DNA of 34,714 nt from a virus (taxonomy: Duplodnaviria > Heunggongvirae > Uroviricota > Caudoviricetes), in IMG/VR virus record IMGVR_UViG_2740892487_000001; one strand, 5' to 3'. The position numbers were made by a program, and so were the translations under genes. The notes under the pieces are model-generated. The model saw nothing but the letters and a program-made list of their open reading frames with translations, was not told the origin of the DNA and searched no databases. Each line of letters opens with the position of its first letter. Position 1 is the stretch's first letter. Below are positions 11,167-23,999 of this stretch, piece by piece.

Positions 11167-11858
11167 TTAAAACAACGAGCCAAGCAATCCGATACCAGCA
11201 CCAATGCCAGCGCCCCAAGGTGTTGATGTTCCCAAAAGGCTGGCAAGACCTGCACCTGCAATCGCACCAGACGTGCCACCGCTAATTGCAGTCTGAAGAC
11301 TTGATGGTTTATTGGCATTAGCAGCGGCAAGAGCTGCGCTTTGCTGTGCAATGCTGCTCATGTTGTTGGCGTACGTCTGCCCGGCGTTTGCCTGACCTTG
11401 CAGAGCACCAAGCCAATGTTTGCCAGATTGTTGTAGTTGCTCATCTGGTTCGACAACCACGACTGACCGAGAGTCGGGGCAATCGTGGCCAGTTGATTGC
11501 TTGTGGCTGTCGAGCCAAGTCCACCCGTCGCCTCCGCAGCAGCAAGACTCTGGTAACGCGCCTGACCTGCAAGGTCTTTATACTGCTGAGAGTTGTAATA
11601 CTGATTAAGTGCCTGCCCCTGTCCTTCTAAACTGGAAAGATTCTGAAGCTGGTTAACATACTGCTCCGCAAGCGGCGTGAACGGAGCAAGGTTTTTCATG
11701 ATCGTCTGCCACTGTTGATTTTGCAGGTCTGCGGCATACTTCTGAGCTTCTGCGGCATACTTTGCACTTTTATCAGAACTGCCACCTTTCCCGCCTTTTT
11801 CAGGGCAATAAGGTTCCTCGCCGCGCAGTTTTCTGCCCAGCTTAAATGCATATAACAT
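11167..11858 (-). CDS. Ejection protein gp7-like; frameshift near 11400-11420
   Basis: MLYAFKLGRKLRGEEPYCPEKGGKGGSSDKSAKYAAEAQKYAADLQNQQ... matches P22 gp7 as recalled; the C-terminal part (GALQGQANAGQTYANN...GIGLLGSLF) continues in a second frame, consistent with a missing G in a short G-run. Confidence 0.8.
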
Positions 11859-11860
11859 GG

Positions 11861-12319
11861 CTATCTCCCGTGATTCAGGAAGTCGATTAGTTCTTCGCGT
11901 GTGGCGCTGTAAAACGTCACGTCATCAACGCCTTTGAAGTATTTCTTGATGGTTCCTACACGCTTAAGGCCAATCATTGCGCAGTACATCTGACCGTGGC
12001 GGAATTTGCGTGCAGCGAACGATGTGACGCACTGAACAGTGGTGTTAGTCAGAATGTATCGCCAGAACGCCAGCCCGATTTCCTTGCTGAAGCCACGAAT
12101 CTCTGGCAGGTACATGGCGTGGCAATCGAATGTAAGCGGCTGAATCTCCTGATAGTAAACAATGCCGCCGAACTGCCCGTGCACGTTCACCTCAAAGTAA
12201 CGGCAATCAGGTTTGTAGTCGTATCCATCACCGTTGTTGCTCCCGGCAATAATGTCAGGGTGATTTCCGACTGCTTCGATCAGGTCGATGTTTCGCGTTG
12301 GTTTGAACTGAATCATCAC
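11861..12319 (-). CDS. gp14-like head/ejection assembly protein
   Basis: 152-aa ORF in the P22 gene-14 position between the tail needle and gp7. Confidence 0.6.
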   Translation of the reverse strand: MMIQFKPTRNIDLIEAVGNHPDIIAGSNNGDGYDYKPDCRYFEVNVHGQFGGIVYYQEIQPLTFDCHAMYLPEIRGFSKEIGLAFWRYILTNTTVQCVTSFAARKFRHGQMYCAMIGLKRVGTIKKYFKGVDDVTFYSATREELIDFLNHGR

Positions 12320-13269
12320 TGCTCCGCGATTATCTTGATGGTTGTGGCAGTAAACGCCGCACCATTTGACTGAATGGTTAACGTGCTGCCATTTGTGGCA
12401 AGAAATCCGTCTTTATCCACGCTGAAGAACGTAGCTAACAGGATGTTGTCGGTTGTTGTCGCCGCATTACGACTGCTAACCAGTGTGTCAGGAACAGAGC
12501 CGGAAAAGGTTAGCTGCATTGATCTGTTAGCGGTTCCGCTGGGCCACGTCCCGACGATCGACAGCTTGAAGAACAAGGTTTTGTTCTCGTTGAACACAAC
12601 CATCTTGTTGTTAACGGTGTCGAAGAATGGTGCCAACGTTCCGGATGACGGCGTGAGCGTTTTCAGCAGGCTAACAAGGTTAGTCGGCGCTGTCGGGATG
12701 GTTACAGATACTCCTGAGTAAACAACCTCTGATTTCTTGCGCGTGGTGGCATACTCAAGCGCAGATATTCTTGTTGAGTGATCACCAACTGTGCTTTGTA
12801 GCGTCGAAATACTTCCTTCTGCCGCTGTGAGCCTGGTATCAAGTGCGTCGATATCGGTTGTATTCTGAGTTATGCGCGCATCATGGTTTGCTAACTCAGA
12901 TTCATTGGCAGCAATTCGCGTCTCGTGATCAGCCAGCTCTGTTTCAGCAGCCGTAATCCTTGTTTCATGATCTGCAAGAGTGCTTTCCGCTGCTGCAATT
13001 CTATGTTCATGATTGACGAGAGTTGCTTCAGCAGCTTCAATTCTGGATTCATGGTCTGCAAGGGTGACATCCTGCTCATCATTCTTCACCTGTGCATCAT
13101 AAGCCCCCTTCCCTGCTTCGTTGGCCTTGTTAGCCACGTTACCAACATCAGTGCCCTGTGCGATAACGTAAAGCAGATACGACTGCGAGAAGATATTGCG
13201 TGGAAGAACTGATGTATCGAGCCGCGTAGCTTGGATGATTACCGGCACATTGAGATTCGAATCCGCCAT
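12316..13269 (-). CDS. Tail needle protein (gp26-like) with extended coiled-coil heptad repeats and a C-terminal knob domain
   Basis: N-terminus [43 protein letters not shown]...[13 protein letters not shown] matches the P22 gp26 N-terminus as recalled; followed by repeated ADHE(S/T)RI...AAE motifs. Confidence 0.85.
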   Translation of the reverse strand: MADSNLNVPVIIQATRLDTSVLPRNIFSQSYLLYVIAQGTDVGNVANKANEAGKGAYDAQVKNDEQDVTLADHESRIEAAEATLVNHEHRIAAAESTLADHETRITAAETELADHETRIAANESELANHDARITQNTTDIDALDTRLTAAEGSISTLQSTVGDHSTRISALEYATTRKKSEVVYSGVSVTIPTAPTNLVSLLKTLTPSSGTLAPFFDTVNNKMVVFNENKTLFFKLSIVGTWPSGTANRSMQLTFSGSVPDTLVSSRNAATTTDNILLATFFSVDKDGFLATNGSTLTIQSNGAAFTATTIKIIAEQ

Positions 13270-14687
13270 TACTCAATCCTTATCTGGCAGCCAGACAGAG
13301 TGACAGGTGACTTAGTGATAACGCGCAATTTGAAGCCAACATTTTTCCTGATGCGCCCTACTCGCTTCCACAAAACGCGTTTGTCGTAAACGAACGGTTC
13401 ATTCTGCTCAATCATCTGCTCACGACAGTAATTGATGCCATCAGTGGTTGCCGAGAGGAACAGGCGGTCGGCGTACTGAGCAACACCCGTCGATGATTCC
13501 ACCTCCAGATCAAAGCATCTGGCGTTATCTGCTTTGAAGAGTGGAGTAAACAGCAGGTGTTCTTGCTGTAGCCCATACTGGCTGCTGATATCGAACTGCA
13601 ATTTCCCGGTCACGGACTCCAGCTTATCGCCGCACGTTATCTGATTGCCTTCGTAAATGAAGTCAATGGCGCGGTACACATCGTCATACAGGCCTGTTTT
13701 CAGTACACACCATTGCGGAGCATTGGCGCTTGAAGATGCGTCGTACACCAGAACATGGCGCGGAAGATGGATAATCAGCAGCTCATGAGCATCAAAGCGC
13801 AACGATTCCATCACGCCATCAGCCAGTTCATCAGCAGTGTAGGAGCGGAGGATTTTCTCAATGCTCGCGCTGGCGATTGGTGACACCTGCCCGGAGCCGA
13901 TGATATACACAGACGGCGCACCTGTTGCCGGATTGCTGATGAACGCATACGAATCAGCAAACTGCGTTTTGCAGTAGGTTCCGGCAATGCCTTTCTGCAC
14001 CATCAGCGATGGCTGTGCGACATACAAAGCAGCACCAACGGTGGTTGCGCCAGTCAGGGAGAAATATTCAATCGTCGATGAACCAAAGCAGACGATGAAG
14101 TCTCGCCATGTTCCGATGCCGATGATACCGTCCGGCTGCGATTCTGCGCGATATTGTGCGCTGTATCGGTCAGGGTGCGATTCGTCTTCAAGGTCAGTGA
14201 TAAACCATGAATCAGTACCGTCTTTTGACCACGCATAACGCCCACGTAAGCGCGTAATGTCGCGAACTGAACCTAACTCGTACTGTGTGAATCCGCTGTC
14301 AGTAGGCCAGTTTGAGACGGTTTTAACCGTGCCATCATAGCGGTATTCGACCAGTTGACCATTAACGCCTACCGCCTGTGATGTCCTACCATGCGCCATT
14401 GATACACGACCACTTCCGGCGACGTCACCGACTTCGCTTTCACCCTTATACAACTTGCCACCGCAAACGCGATAAACAGCATTCTGCGCCATGTTGTACT
14501 CGACTCCGCGCGATACACCGTTCACATCAGAACGTTTGGCAATGCCCGGGAATGAGCGAAGATATCCGCTGCTGTTCAGGATTTCTTTGGGTGTAGCCAG
14601 CATATTCACTGGCAGATAGTCGATATAGTCGGCGTTTCGAAAGTCTTTGCCGACACCTTTCATAAGCGGAAGTTGCTGAATCGGCAT
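13269..14687 (-). CDS. Tail accessory protein gp10-like
   Basis: 472-aa ORF, the same length as P22 gp10, in the conserved position between gp4 and gp26. Confidence 0.8.
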   Translation of the reverse strand: MPIQQLPLMKGVGKDFRNADYIDYLPVNMLATPKEILNSSGYLRSFPGIAKRSDVNGVSRGVEYNMAQNAVYRVCGGKLYKGESEVGDVAGSGRVSMAHGRTSQAVGVNGQLVEYRYDGTVKTVSNWPTDSGFTQYELGSVRDITRLRGRYAWSKDGTDSWFITDLEDESHPDRYSAQYRAESQPDGIIGIGTWRDFIVCFGSSTIEYFSLTGATTVGAALYVAQPSLMVQKGIAGTYCKTQFADSYAFISNPATGAPSVYIIGSGQVSPIASASIEKILRSYTADELADGVMESLRFDAHELLIIHLPRHVLVYDASSSANAPQWCVLKTGLYDDVYRAIDFIYEGNQITCGDKLESVTGKLQFDISSQYGLQQEHLLFTPLFKADNARCFDLEVESSTGVAQYADRLFLSATTDGINYCREQMIEQNEPFVYDKRVLWKRVGRIRKNVGFKLRVITKSPVTLSGCQIRIE

Positions 14688-15165
14688 TTATTCGCTCCCG
14701 TTATCGCAAGGTTCCTTCCGGTGGAAGTAATTCCAACCGTTCCACTTCGCCAACTGGTTACCACTACCAACAGGCATACGGTTTGGATAACCGGACTTAC
14801 ATTTAGCGGCTTTTGCTCTGTCCATTGCAGACAGTTTGACGAGTCGCTCTTTCCCGTATCTGGCAGTGGTTATAAGTTTTGCAGGCGCTTCCAGCGCATA
14901 ATCCGGTGCAATGCGGCAGGCAAGGTTGAAAATAACAGCATTGATAGCGTTATTTGATAAACCGTGCTCATCGCCCGGATCTGGAGCGACATCTGCATCA
15001 GCGAAAATGTAGCCAACGCTGATACCAGGTGACACATCACCGCCAAGCCATTCAGCCATCATCATTTCAAGGTCGTTGACGCCGTCTTCCATAGACTGCG
15101 GTTCGACATCGGTTAACGTGGCATTTGATGCCACACCGAGCTTACGTAATGCTGCAAGGACTAAA

Positions 15166-15188
<23 letters not shown>
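14688..15188 (-). CDS. Tail accessory / head-completion protein gp4-like
   Basis: From the ATG at 15188: [33 protein letters not shown]... matches P22 gp4 as recalled. The upstream (SQ)n extension in the track ORF is the alternative frame of the hexamer repeat. Confidence 0.85.
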
Positions 15189-15438
<250 letters not shown>

Positions 15439-15450
15439 GCTTGTCTCCAG

Positions 15451-15474
15451 ATAAAAAAGGGAGCCGAAGCTCCC
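15451..15474 (-). terminator. Intrinsic terminator-like hairpin immediately downstream of the coat gene
   Basis: Minus strand reads GGGAGC-TTCG-GCTCCC followed by T6, starting 9 nt after the coat stop codon. Confidence 0.6.
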
Positions 15475-15482
15475 TCTGGTTA

Positions 15483-16778
15483 TCACGCAGTCTGGTTAGG
15501 CAGACCAACACCAATTGCCTCTGGTCGTACAGCACATGCTGAATACCACACAGCAATACGGCACTTACCAGACAGAGTGTTGATATCACCCTGCGTTGCG
15601 AAGATGCCGTTAACACCAATGCCAGGAATGCTGAAGGAAGAAGTTTTCATGCCCGCAAACAGTTCATGGGTTACCGGGATCGGCTGAGACAGTAGGCGGA
15701 TTGAGTCATCAGCCCAGAACACGTTAGCGGTGGTTGTTGCCACGTTCAGAACGTTTACCGGAGTGGTATCAGCAAGAGATGTGTTTACATTAGCGTAAGC
15801 CTTCTCTTCTTTTGTCAGTGACGCGTCATCCAGTGCAATCGGTTTCGGCGTGATTTCGATGTGAGTACCATCGATCACACGGGTGATTGAGAAAGTCGCA
15901 TCATCAGTCAGCACGTTCTTCGCCATCTGAGATAGGAATTTCACACCAGTGAAGCTGATTTTGTCGCCGCGCTTAAATCCGGTGGTGGAGGATACGGTCA
16001 CCGTTGCAACACGGTTGTCGACGTTCTCTTTGTTACCATCAGTATCAAGGGTGTATGCCTGCGGCTTAAACTTCTGCGCACCAGAAACAGTTACACCAGT
16101 AGCGGTTGACTTGGTAACTGCAGGAAGTTTCGGTGAGCGAAGAATTTCATCAAAGCCAGCAATCTGACGCTGAATAGTACCGTTGCGATAAGCTTCTTCA
16201 GGAACGCGCCCAAAGATGTCACCATCTACCAGGTTGCGGCCTGCTTTGCGGTAATCGTCAGGGTTCAGGAAGTAACTGATGCCCATGTCGCGGTTGAGTT
16301 CGCGGGAGAACATCAGGCGCTCTGCATCAGACACAAAATCCCAGCCAGACAGGCCAGTAGATGGACCAATTGCGCGGGTATCGTGAACAACAAGTGAGCC
16401 CATTTCAGTTGCCTGTTTGGCAATCGCTGACTCAATGTTATTCGCCAGTTTTTTGGCAGATGCCTGGATGCGGCGACGGTAAGAACGCTCATCACGCAGG
16501 TCATCTGCACGAAGCTCGAAGAAATCGTTATCCGGATCACCCATGTTGCATTTCACGGAGAGTTCCAGAATCCCAGTAGCGTTGCCAGTTAAATCCCAGC
16601 CAGTCTGAGTTGGCGCTTCCTGCTCAACAGGCATCCACACGGTGTTGCTTGAACGTTGCATGGATTCTGCCGGAGGGGTGTATTTTGTCACTTTGGACGC
16701 CATTGGCGTCAGGTTCTGGACGGTTTCGATGATTTCATCCAGAGCATACGTGACCAGTTGACCTTCATTTAATGCCAT
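15483..16778 (-). CDS. Major coat protein (P22 gp5-like)
   Basis: [54 protein letters not shown]... with C-terminus [14 protein letters not shown] matches P22 coat protein as recalled. Confidence 0.95.
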   Translation of the reverse strand: MALNEGQLVTYALDEIIETVQNLTPMASKVTKYTPPAESMQRSSNTVWMPVEQEAPTQTGWDLTGNATGILELSVKCNMGDPDNDFFELRADDLRDERSYRRRIQASAKKLANNIESAIAKQATEMGSLVVHDTRAIGPSTGLSGWDFVSDAERLMFSRELNRDMGISYFLNPDDYRKAGRNLVDGDIFGRVPEEAYRNGTIQRQIAGFDEILRSPKLPAVTKSTATGVTVSGAQKFKPQAYTLDTDGNKENVDNRVATVTVSSTTGFKRGDKISFTGVKFLSQMAKNVLTDDATFSITRVIDGTHIEITPKPIALDDASLTKEEKAYANVNTSLADTTPVNVLNVATTTANVFWADDSIRLLSQPIPVTHELFAGMKTSSFSIPGIGVNGIFATQGDINTLSGKCRIAVWYSACAVRPEAIGVGLPNQTA

Positions 16779-17689
16779 TATCGAATTCCTTTATTCAGTT
16801 GCGCCTTGAGCTTGCGGTACGTCTCTACATCCCCTTTGTTTGCTGCCGCTTCCATCTGCTTTTCAATCGCAGATATATTTGCAGCAACAGCGTGTCCCTG
16901 AATGGGTTCATCAGGTAGCGGGGCTTCTGAAACAGGTTTGGCTCGAGGCTTGAGAGTTAAACGTTCTGACAGTCGAGTGAGTTCAATCAGCGCGGATTGC
17001 CCGTCCATCGCCAGCAACTGGCGTGTTTTCTCAGGATTAGCACCAAGGTGATACATGAGAGCGGCGGATTTCTCCGGGAAGAGGAGCATGATGTCGGCAC
17101 CGACTGCTGGCGGCACCAGTTGCATGAATGCATCCTCTTTCTCCTGATAGTCAGGGATATTGAGCTTTTCCGCTGCGTCGTAGTGCTTACGGGCTGCCTC
17201 GACGTATTGCGCTGATTGCTGGGTGAACTCCTGAGTTTTGCGACCCTGCTCGGCGACAGCCTGGCTTCGTGCGTCCATAGCCTTGATCTGCCATTCACTG
17301 TTTGCCTGCTGGAAGGCAGCCAGTGCGCGGCTCTGGTCATAGTCGTACTTAGCCAGCGCATCTTCGGAAAGATAATCGTTAGGGTCTGGTTGTTTTGGTA
17401 ACTCAGGGTTCACCCGCAGGTGCTCCGGCAACTCTCCACGCTTAACCGCTTCCATCTGCTGCTCAAGCTCACGCTGGCGTTTGCGTTCGATGCGGCGACG
17501 GGCAAATTCAGCATTAGTTGCCGGGTCTTGTTTTGGTTTCTCATCGTCTTTCAGGACAATCTCGAAGCCTTCTTCCTGACCTGCGATGTCGTTGGCATTA
17601 TCGACAACTAAGCCATCAGCAGATGCCGCTGCATGATTTCCGGGCAGGGTTAATTCTTCAGAAGCCTGAATGTCGGTGGTTTGGTCCAT
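16778..17689 (-). CDS. Scaffolding protein (P22 gp8-like)
   Basis: 303-aa acidic, helix-rich ORF between portal and coat. Confidence 0.85.
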   Translation of the reverse strand: MDQTTDIQASEELTLPGNHAAASADGLVVDNANDIAGQEEGFEIVLKDDEKPKQDPATNAEFARRRIERKRQRELEQQMEAVKRGELPEHLRVNPELPKQPDPNDYLSEDALAKYDYDQSRALAAFQQANSEWQIKAMDARSQAVAEQGRKTQEFTQQSAQYVEAARKHYDAAEKLNIPDYQEKEDAFMQLVPPAVGADIMLLFPEKSAALMYHLGANPEKTRQLLAMDGQSALIELTRLSERLTLKPRAKPVSEAPLPDEPIQGHAVAANISAIEKQMEAAANKGDVETYRKLKAQLNKGIR

Positions 17690-17702
17690 GGTTAACTCTC
17701 TC

Positions 17703-19868
17703 TTATTGAGGTGTCTCGGCTACTCCGCCGGAGGGGATTTGAACTTGACGCATAAGATTCGCGAAATCCATGCGTTGTGAATGAGTCTGGTCTGCATCTT
17801 TAAGAAGCAGCTCAGCGTTAGCACGAGCATCTTTGCTGCGCTGTTGCTGGAATTGACCTACGAGCTTGAGGTACTCACGCAGTTCTGCCTGCTTGTCGAG
17901 GTCCATATTGTTGAAGATTTCCGCAATCTTCGCGGCGTTGAGTTGGTTTTGGGCTTCAACCTTGGCGGCCTCAACCTGAATCTGCGCCTGTTGGTTCTCT
18001 GCCTTGAGCAATTCAGCCTGACCTTGCAGAAGGATACCCTGCGCCTGAATTTGCTCTGCTGATGGCTGCTGCGGCTGCTGTTGAGCCTGCTGTACCATCT
18101 CCATCTCTTCAGGTGTTTCTGGTTTCTTCAGCCCCATCATCACCAGTTGCTTGTTAGCGTACTCTCGCATCATCTCGACGCCTTTACCGTCAAGCAGCGT
18201 GAAGTATTGCAGCATCAGCATCTGGAACTCTGGAGTACCTTGCGGAACCTTAGTGAGCAATTCCTGAATCTCTGCGCGGTTCTGTTCCTTCATGCTCTGG
18301 AAGGATGGCCCAACGTCTGTATAGCACTCATAGCGACCGCGAATGTCGTTGAGTGTGACCACATTACCGGACTGGTAATCTACAACTTGCGCGTAGAGTT
18401 GAACGTCTTTCTCGCTTCCATCTTCAAGTGTCAGCGTTACATGACGAGGAACGTCATAAATATCGTTGACCATTGAGGCATAAATCTCGCCATCACGTCG
18501 CATTGCGGTAGCCAGGTTATCCTGAAACACGTATGTCTCAAGGTCTGCCCGCATGTTCAGTTGATTGACGGTATCGAAAGCGACCTGACCATTTGCCGCC
18601 TGCGCATCCACGCCAAGACTAGCCACTTCTTTCACTGCGTTGGTGGCAGCCTCAAGCATGTAAGCGTTGGCTTGCGGCACTTCAGGGTTTTCCATGTAGG
18701 AGATTGGACCAATCGGCAGGTCGTTACCGTTTTCATCGGTCCTGTTCTGCAGATAGTACGGATAGTCATCATTTCCACCGTACATGTATTCGTAGCCTTC
18801 GATTTGCTCAGGGAAGAAGGTCGGTTTCTTCTTCGGTGTACGAGCAACAATATCGGCGTTGAACGACATGATCATGTTACGAAGGCGTTGACCGTCTTTC
18901 GTCAGCCTTACCACGCCCTCGTAGCACTCCTTGTCACCAGCGAATGACCATTCGCCGTACACAGGAACGATTGGGATATGCTCTCCAGCTATCTTCTCGC
19001 GGTCTTTCAGTATCTGCGTGCAGGTGATGATCGACTTATACACACGCCGACGCTTGACCTTACGCTCTGCTACCTTAATGAATCCACGATTAGCCAGGTC
19101 GTCGATGACGTCTTTGATATCCTGCTGGAAATAGCTGACCGGCTCACCTGTCAGCGGGTCGCGGTAGATGAAGACTTTCTCCTTCTTCTCTTCTACCTCG
19201 TAATACTCAGCGACGTAGACGACATCATTCGATACCCACGGAAACAGCCATGTATCGTTCGGATTCTGGAAAGATGGCAGCGTGTCAGGATCAATGCCGT
19301 AATCCTCTGCGAACTCTTTCCAGCCATTGCGTGACAAAGCGTTAATCACCGTGCAGTGCTTAGCGTCGCTCTTATCCATCTGCTTGCTGTTGGCGTCCCA
19401 TATGACGTGTGAGCAGGCTTCATGGATTGGCAGGCGTCGGATTACCTGATTGTTGCTTGTTGGATCGTTGTCTTCGTACTGCGTGACCAGACGCCATGCA
19501 CCAACGCCTGACTCTATCTGCTCACGAACGCCAACGTTAACGGCAATTTTTGCCGTGTTATGGCGCATATCAGTACGATACATCCCCATCAACACATCGG
19601 CTGCATCAGGATTAGCACCGTCTTTTGGTCGGAAGAGAACGTCGATAGGGTTCCGGCGCATCTCTGCGACCAGTTTCCTGACCACCGGGCGAACAACATC
19701 GAATTGTCCGCGATATTGCAGGGTCGTGTAGTTTGATAGCCAGTCATCCCATTGCGACACTCGGCTAAAATACAGGTCATTTGTCGCCTCGGTTCTGGCT
19801 TCATCGCTCGCCATCCAGTCTGCGTCAAACTTACACAGAATGGAATTGAGTCTGTTTTCGTCGGCCAT
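17703..19868 (-). CDS. Portal protein (P22 gp1-like)
   Basis: [66 protein letters not shown]... matches P22 portal as recalled; Q-rich C-terminal barrel region. Confidence 0.95.
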   Translation of the reverse strand: MADENRLNSILCKFDADWMASDEARTEATNDLYFSRVSQWDDWLSNYTTLQYRGQFDVVRPVVRKLVAEMRRNPIDVLFRPKDGANPDAADVLMGMYRTDMRHNTAKIAVNVGVREQIESGVGAWRLVTQYEDNDPTSNNQVIRRLPIHEACSHVIWDANSKQMDKSDAKHCTVINALSRNGWKEFAEDYGIDPDTLPSFQNPNDTWLFPWVSNDVVYVAEYYEVEEKKEKVFIYRDPLTGEPVSYFQQDIKDVIDDLANRGFIKVAERKVKRRRVYKSIITCTQILKDREKIAGEHIPIVPVYGEWSFAGDKECYEGVVRLTKDGQRLRNMIMSFNADIVARTPKKKPTFFPEQIEGYEYMYGGNDDYPYYLQNRTDENGNDLPIGPISYMENPEVPQANAYMLEAATNAVKEVASLGVDAQAANGQVAFDTVNQLNMRADLETYVFQDNLATAMRRDGEIYASMVNDIYDVPRHVTLTLEDGSEKDVQLYAQVVDYQSGNVVTLNDIRGRYECYTDVGPSFQSMKEQNRAEIQELLTKVPQGTPEFQMLMLQYFTLLDGKGVEMMREYANKQLVMMGLKKPETPEEMEMVQQAQQQPQQPSAEQIQAQGILLQGQAELLKAENQQAQIQVEAAKVEAQNQLNAAKIAEIFNNMDLDKQAELREYLKLVGQFQQQRSKDARANAELLLKDADQTHSQRMDFANLMRQVQIPSGGVAETPQ

Positions 19869-21369
19869 TTAAGTTCTCCGTGCGATGGGCCTGATTGGGG
19901 CTGGTATCTTTTTCTCTTTTGGTTTTTTGATGTCGCGCATCATTTTTGCGAAGCGGCGCATCATGTATGCATAGCGAACGGCTGAGAGAACGTCATCGTT
20001 AAGCTTGACGATCTTCCCGTTTTCATCACGGTGATAGAGGCGGAACTCCTCAAAGAATGGCTCACAGGTGTTGAATACTTTGAAGCGTCCATCGAGCATC
20101 ATGTCGCGCAATTCAGTGATGCCAGGCTCAACAGCATTACCGCCATCAGGCCATGTCGCATGCTCCTGCAACATCATAAAACCAGCGTCCGCGTACTGCC
20201 CTTTAAGCTGCTCACCGCCGCCCTTCTCGTGCTGGTTTCCGTCATGAGGCCATGCGGTTGGCACTTTATGCGCCCAAGATTTAACGGCTCCCCACGCCTG
20301 AACGGCTGTTTTTTTCTTTCGCCTTCCACACGCGTGAAACGTAGATTGTGTCTGCGTCCTTATCCCACCAAAGCTGAACCTGCGCCTGCGGGTGATCCCA
20401 TCCGAAATCCATACCGCCAATTACGTAAAAGTGATCAGGGCACTCGAACGGCTGACACTTAATCGTCTCTTCCGGTATCTGGAAGATTCGCCCGCTACCC
20501 ATCGTAGGAATACCGCGAGCACGCGCCTCTCTCTCATGCTCAGGATAGGATGCGATGATTTGCTCTTTCTGCTCGTCGGTGTAGTGCTCAGCGTCATAGA
20601 TGGTCATGTTGACCACTTTCTGCGACTTGCTGGGATTCTTCAGGAACTTGGTAACAACGTCAGACATCCCCATCAGCGGGGTAAACGTCAGAATTGAGAA
20701 TTGCCCGTATTTGTTGGTACGGGTAAGCCCTTCGCCATAAATGCTGTATGGTGGTTCTTCGTCAAACCACACACCGTGGATTGTGTCACCCTGCCAGCGA
20801 GCACGGCCTTGCGAGTATGGTTTGAAGTAGCAGATTGAAATACCATCTTCAACGCCATCAGCCGTGTGATGCTTAACCAGAAGATGATCAACAAGGTTCG
20901 GAAAGAAAGGAGACTTCTTCCAGCTAATGATGTCCTCTTTCGGTATGGAACCGTAGCCTGGCTCACCATTCTCTTCGATACGACCGCACAGGATGCGTTG
21001 AGTCGTTTTGGTTACAGTCTCGTTTGTCTCTCCACCAATCCAGAAGACAACAGGCTCATAGAAACGCTTACCTTTCCACTCACCGCCATATTTACCATCA
21101 GCAGGATAGCCTTTTGTGCCCGGATAACGACCGGTAAGGTGAAACGCGACTTCAGCAGCACCAGTAAATGACTTACCAAGCTGGTTACCAGCCATAAAAC
21201 ATCGCTCTGGATAGTCATGCCCGGCGTCGATGAACTCACGCTGCTTGCTGTATGGCGTAAATTCATATAGCAGGTGTGTGTTCCGGTAGTTCTCTTCTTC
21301 TTCGAGTAGCTCGAGCAACTCGATTTGCTCTTCGTCGCTCAGGTTATCAAGAATCGCGTCCAGTTCCAC
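19869..21369 (-). CDS. Terminase large subunit; frame broken at T7 (20309-20315)
   Basis: ORFs 20281-21369 and 19869-20420 join if the run is one base shorter; position and size match the large terminase. Confidence 0.85.
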
Positions 21370-21835
21370 GGTTGAATAGCTCCTTGATACGAGAGCGCCG
21401 CTTATCGCGATCTCCCTTATCAGGTGTCACGTCTTCAACTTGCGACTGCTCTTTGAGGCCCAAATCACGGGCGATGATGTTAGCGTTGAGAAGGTCAGCG
21501 GCTGCGCCAGAGAATTTCTGGTCGTAGATGACCTGTTCTGCTCGCGTAACGACTTCAGATAAATCTTCTCGCAGGCGATATGTGCGCCATGTTTCAAGCG
21601 TCACATCAATGAACAGAGTGAGGCCGGTAATGGTCATCGCTCGCATCTTGGCGATAGGCTCTTGTATTACTTCACCCTGATACGAGAACGCCTTCATCTC
21701 CCATAGCGGGTTAGCTTCCACCCACTCGAAGTATTCACAACAAGCAGCCCACAGCGCCTCAGGCGATTCGAATTTAGGATTTCGCCCATGACTACTGCGG
21801 GCCTCCCAAAATCGGTTGCCCTTTGGTGCTGCCAT
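21347..21835 (-). CDS. Terminase small subunit (P22 gp3-like)
   Basis: [72 protein letters not shown]... matches P22 gp3 as recalled. Confidence 0.95.
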   Translation of the reverse strand: MAAPKGNRFWEARSSHGRNPKFESPEALWAACCEYFEWVEANPLWEMKAFSYQGEVIQEPIAKMRAMTITGLTLFIDVTLETWRTYRLREDLSEVVTRAEQVIYDQKFSGAAADLLNANIIARDLGLKEQSQVEDVTPDKGDRDKRRSRIKELFNRGTGRDS

Positions 21836-21870
21836 ATTCATCTCACTTAGTTGTTATTTCAGGTTGAGCA

Positions 21871-22113
21871 TCATGCTCCGGTAGTGAACAGGTCTAACGC
21901 TTCCTTCGATTTACGCACCGCTTCGATAGTTCTGGTCGTGATATCTGAATTAGCGCCGCCTGACTGGAAGTGAATTTTGAATAGCTCAAGCTTCAGCTCG
22001 TCAGTGCCAATGAATTGAAATGCTTCCTCTGCGGCTGCGTTCTGGTTCATGACCAGTTTGTAAATCTCTAACTGGAATTTCTGTTCTTCAGTCATGGGAA
22101 TAATCTCTGCCAT
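21871..22113 (-). CDS. Hypothetical protein (80 aa) upstream of the small terminase
   Basis: ORF in the conserved position preceding the terminase genes; no motif recognised. Confidence 0.5.
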   Translation of the reverse strand: MAEIIPMTEEQKFQLEIYKLVMNQNAAAEEAFQFIGTDELKLELFKIHFQSGGANSDITTRTIEAVRKSKEALDLFTTGA

Positions 22114-22340
22114 TGTTGGCTCCGTTTATCCGTTAAAAGGGATATCAGTTAAGTTATCCCGTGTAGGGTATAAGCCATTGTCGAGACCACTCATTGAATG
22201 GCCTCTGCAATAACCGATGTCTTTCCATCAGTCCGCCACCACAAAGAATCTTTTTTGCCAGAAGGCTGGAGGTTCATCTTTCAGTGGCTGCCAGTGTTAT
22301 TTCCCCACTTTCTGGCTTGGGTTGTTTCGCTGTACTGCCG

Positions 22341-22883
22341 TTAATTGATGAGTCCGGGGATTACGGTTTGCCCGTGCTGTTCAAGGCGTTCAATTCTAGC
22401 CATCAGCTGTGGCTTCTTAATTTTGCCCCAGCGATTTAGCAGGCGACCTGACATGCTGGCAACATCCTTCTCTTTCATGTACTCCAGCATTACGGCATTT
22501 CTCTCTTCTTCAAATTGACGATGACCAACCTGAAGCATGGCGTACATCCAGTTAAATGCGTTGATGTAAGCAATTTTGATACGCATTGCTTCTTTTTTGG
22601 TGTAGGACATAACCAAAAGCATCAACCCATCCTTGCGGAGACGGTAGAATTTTTGCGGCTTACCATTCTGTAACTCATTGTTTTTATAGCAAAGCTCAAA
22701 ATTGAGCTTTGTATCAAACTCAGGAGGGCAAGCTTCTATGGTTCGTTCAATGTCACGAACTACGTTCTTCGGCAGCTTTCCAAATGCTTTTGCCACCATA
22801 AAAGAATCTGTAACCGGATCGTTGTTTGCCACAAAAATCAGATCTCGGAAATCGATGCCGTTAACGATAGTTGGATAATTCAT
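22341..22883 (-). CDS. Rha-family phage regulatory protein
   Basis: N-terminal region (...VTDSFMVAKAFGKLPKNVVRDIERTIEA...) resembles the Rha domain; lies between the lysis genes and terminase. Confidence 0.55.
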   Translation of the reverse strand: MNYPTIVNGIDFRDLIFVANNDPVTDSFMVAKAFGKLPKNVVRDIERTIEACPPEFDTKLNFELCYKNNELQNGKPQKFYRLRKDGLMLLVMSYTKKEAMRIKIAYINAFNWMYAMLQVGHRQFEEERNAVMLEYMKEKDVASMSGRLLNRWGKIKKPQLMARIERLEQHGQTVIPGLIN

Positions 22884-23088
22884 CAGTGCTCACCTTTTAG
22901 TGATGAACCTTGTCACACAGGATTCCGGCCCACAGAAAGGCACCGATCACCAAACCGGCATCCTCAAGGGTCATCCTGAAAGGTTCTGTGTTCATAAGTC
23001 GCGCGTGTGAAGCGCGTTTACTGCGGACATAAAAAAAGCCCTGCATCGCGAGGCTCATTAAATGGACTTTGTGATTTGCAAAAAAAAA

Positions 23089-23526
23089 TTATTTCAGGCA
23101 TTGCGTCCTGATGTACTCCTGCAGGTAGTTAACCTGCGCGGTTATCCTGTCGATTCCACTTCTGAGACGGTAATAATTGAGTTCAGCATCTGCTGTAAGT
23201 CTTGGGCTTTCTCCATCGCCCATGCTGCTGGCTCCGGTCGTTGACTTTGCACAGGTGGCTGCGACTTGCAGGCGCTTACGACCAGCAGAAACATCAGCAC
23301 GGAGACTTTCGATAGTCGCGTTAGCATCAGCAAGCTCCTTTGTGTATCTGGCGTCGAGTTCTGCTACATCACGTTGACGCTTCTGCATGTCAGCGATTGT
23401 GGATGTGGCTTTATCGCGCTGCTCTTTGTAGGCGATGGCGTTATCACGGTAATGATTAACAGCCCATGACAGGCAGACGATGATGCAGATAACCAGAGCG
23501 GAGATAATCGCGGTTACTCTGCTCAT
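23089..23526 (-). CDS. Rz: Rz i-spanin
   Basis: N-terminal transmembrane segment, coiled-coil periplasmic domain; immediately follows the endolysin gene. Confidence 0.85.
   Translation of the reverse strand: MSRVTAIISALVICIIVCLSWAVNHYRDNAIAYKEQRDKATSTIADMQKRQRDVAELDARYTKELADANATIESLRADVSAGRKRLQVAATCAKSTTGASSMGDGESPRLTADAELNYYRLRSGIDRITAQVNYLQEYIRTQCLK
23142..23333 (-). CDS. Rz1: Rz1 o-spanin lipoprotein, embedded in Rz in another frame
   Basis: Lipobox LLVVSAC then a proline-rich sequence; fully nested in Rz. Confidence 0.75.
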   Translation of the reverse strand: MLMLTRLSKVSVLMFLLVVSACKSQPPVQSQRPEPAAWAMEKAQDLQQMLNSIITVSEVESTG

Positions 23527-23999
23527 ACCTCAATCTCTCTGACTGTTCCGCCAGCTTCTTTGAATTTTGCAATCAGGCTGTCAGCCTTATGCTCGAACTG
23601 GCCATAACCAGCCCCGGGCAACGAAGCCCAGATATTGCTGCAACGGTCGATTGCCTGACGGATATCACCGCGATCAATCATCGGCAAAGCGCCACGCTCT
23701 TTAATCTGTTGCAATGCCACAGCGTCCTGGCTTTTCGGAGAGAAGTCTTTCAGGCCAAGCTGCTTACGGTATGCATCCCACCAACGCGAAAGAAGCTGGT
23801 AACGTCCGGCGGCTGTTGATTTGAGTTTGGGGTTTAGCGTGACAAGTTTGCGAGGGTGATCGGAGTAATCAGTGAATAGCTCTCCGCCTACAATGACGTC
23901 ATAACCATGATTTCTGGTTTTCTGTCGTCCGTTATCTGTTCCCTCTGACCACGCCAGCATATCGAGGAACGCCTTACGTTGATTATTGATTTCCACCAT
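23523..23999 (-). CDS. R: Endolysin R (lambda-type lytic transglycosylase)
   Basis: [62 protein letters not shown]... near-identical to lambda R as recalled. Confidence 0.95.
   Translation of the reverse strand: MVEINNQRKAFLDMLAWSEGTDNGRQKTRNHGYDVIVGGELFTDYSDHPRKLVTLNPKLKSTAAGRYQLLSRWWDAYRKQLGLKDFSPKSQDAVALQQIKERGALPMIDRGDIRQAIDRCSNIWASLPGAGYGQFEHKADSLIAKFKEAGGTVREIEV

Noticed and set aside
17781-19334. Several 60-130-aa ORFs on the plus strand inside the portal gene (e.g. 17781-18062, 18081-18476, 18561-18947, 18978-19334)
   Set aside because: They are antisense to a strongly supported portal gene and lack recognisable motifs or ribosome-binding sites; they look like open frames arising by chance opposite a coding region.
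23073-23110. Possible terminator after Rz (CAGG...CCTG stem followed by a T9 run)
   Set aside because: The stem is only about 4-6 bp and lies inside the Rz C-terminal codons; the T-run alone is not enough to call a terminator.
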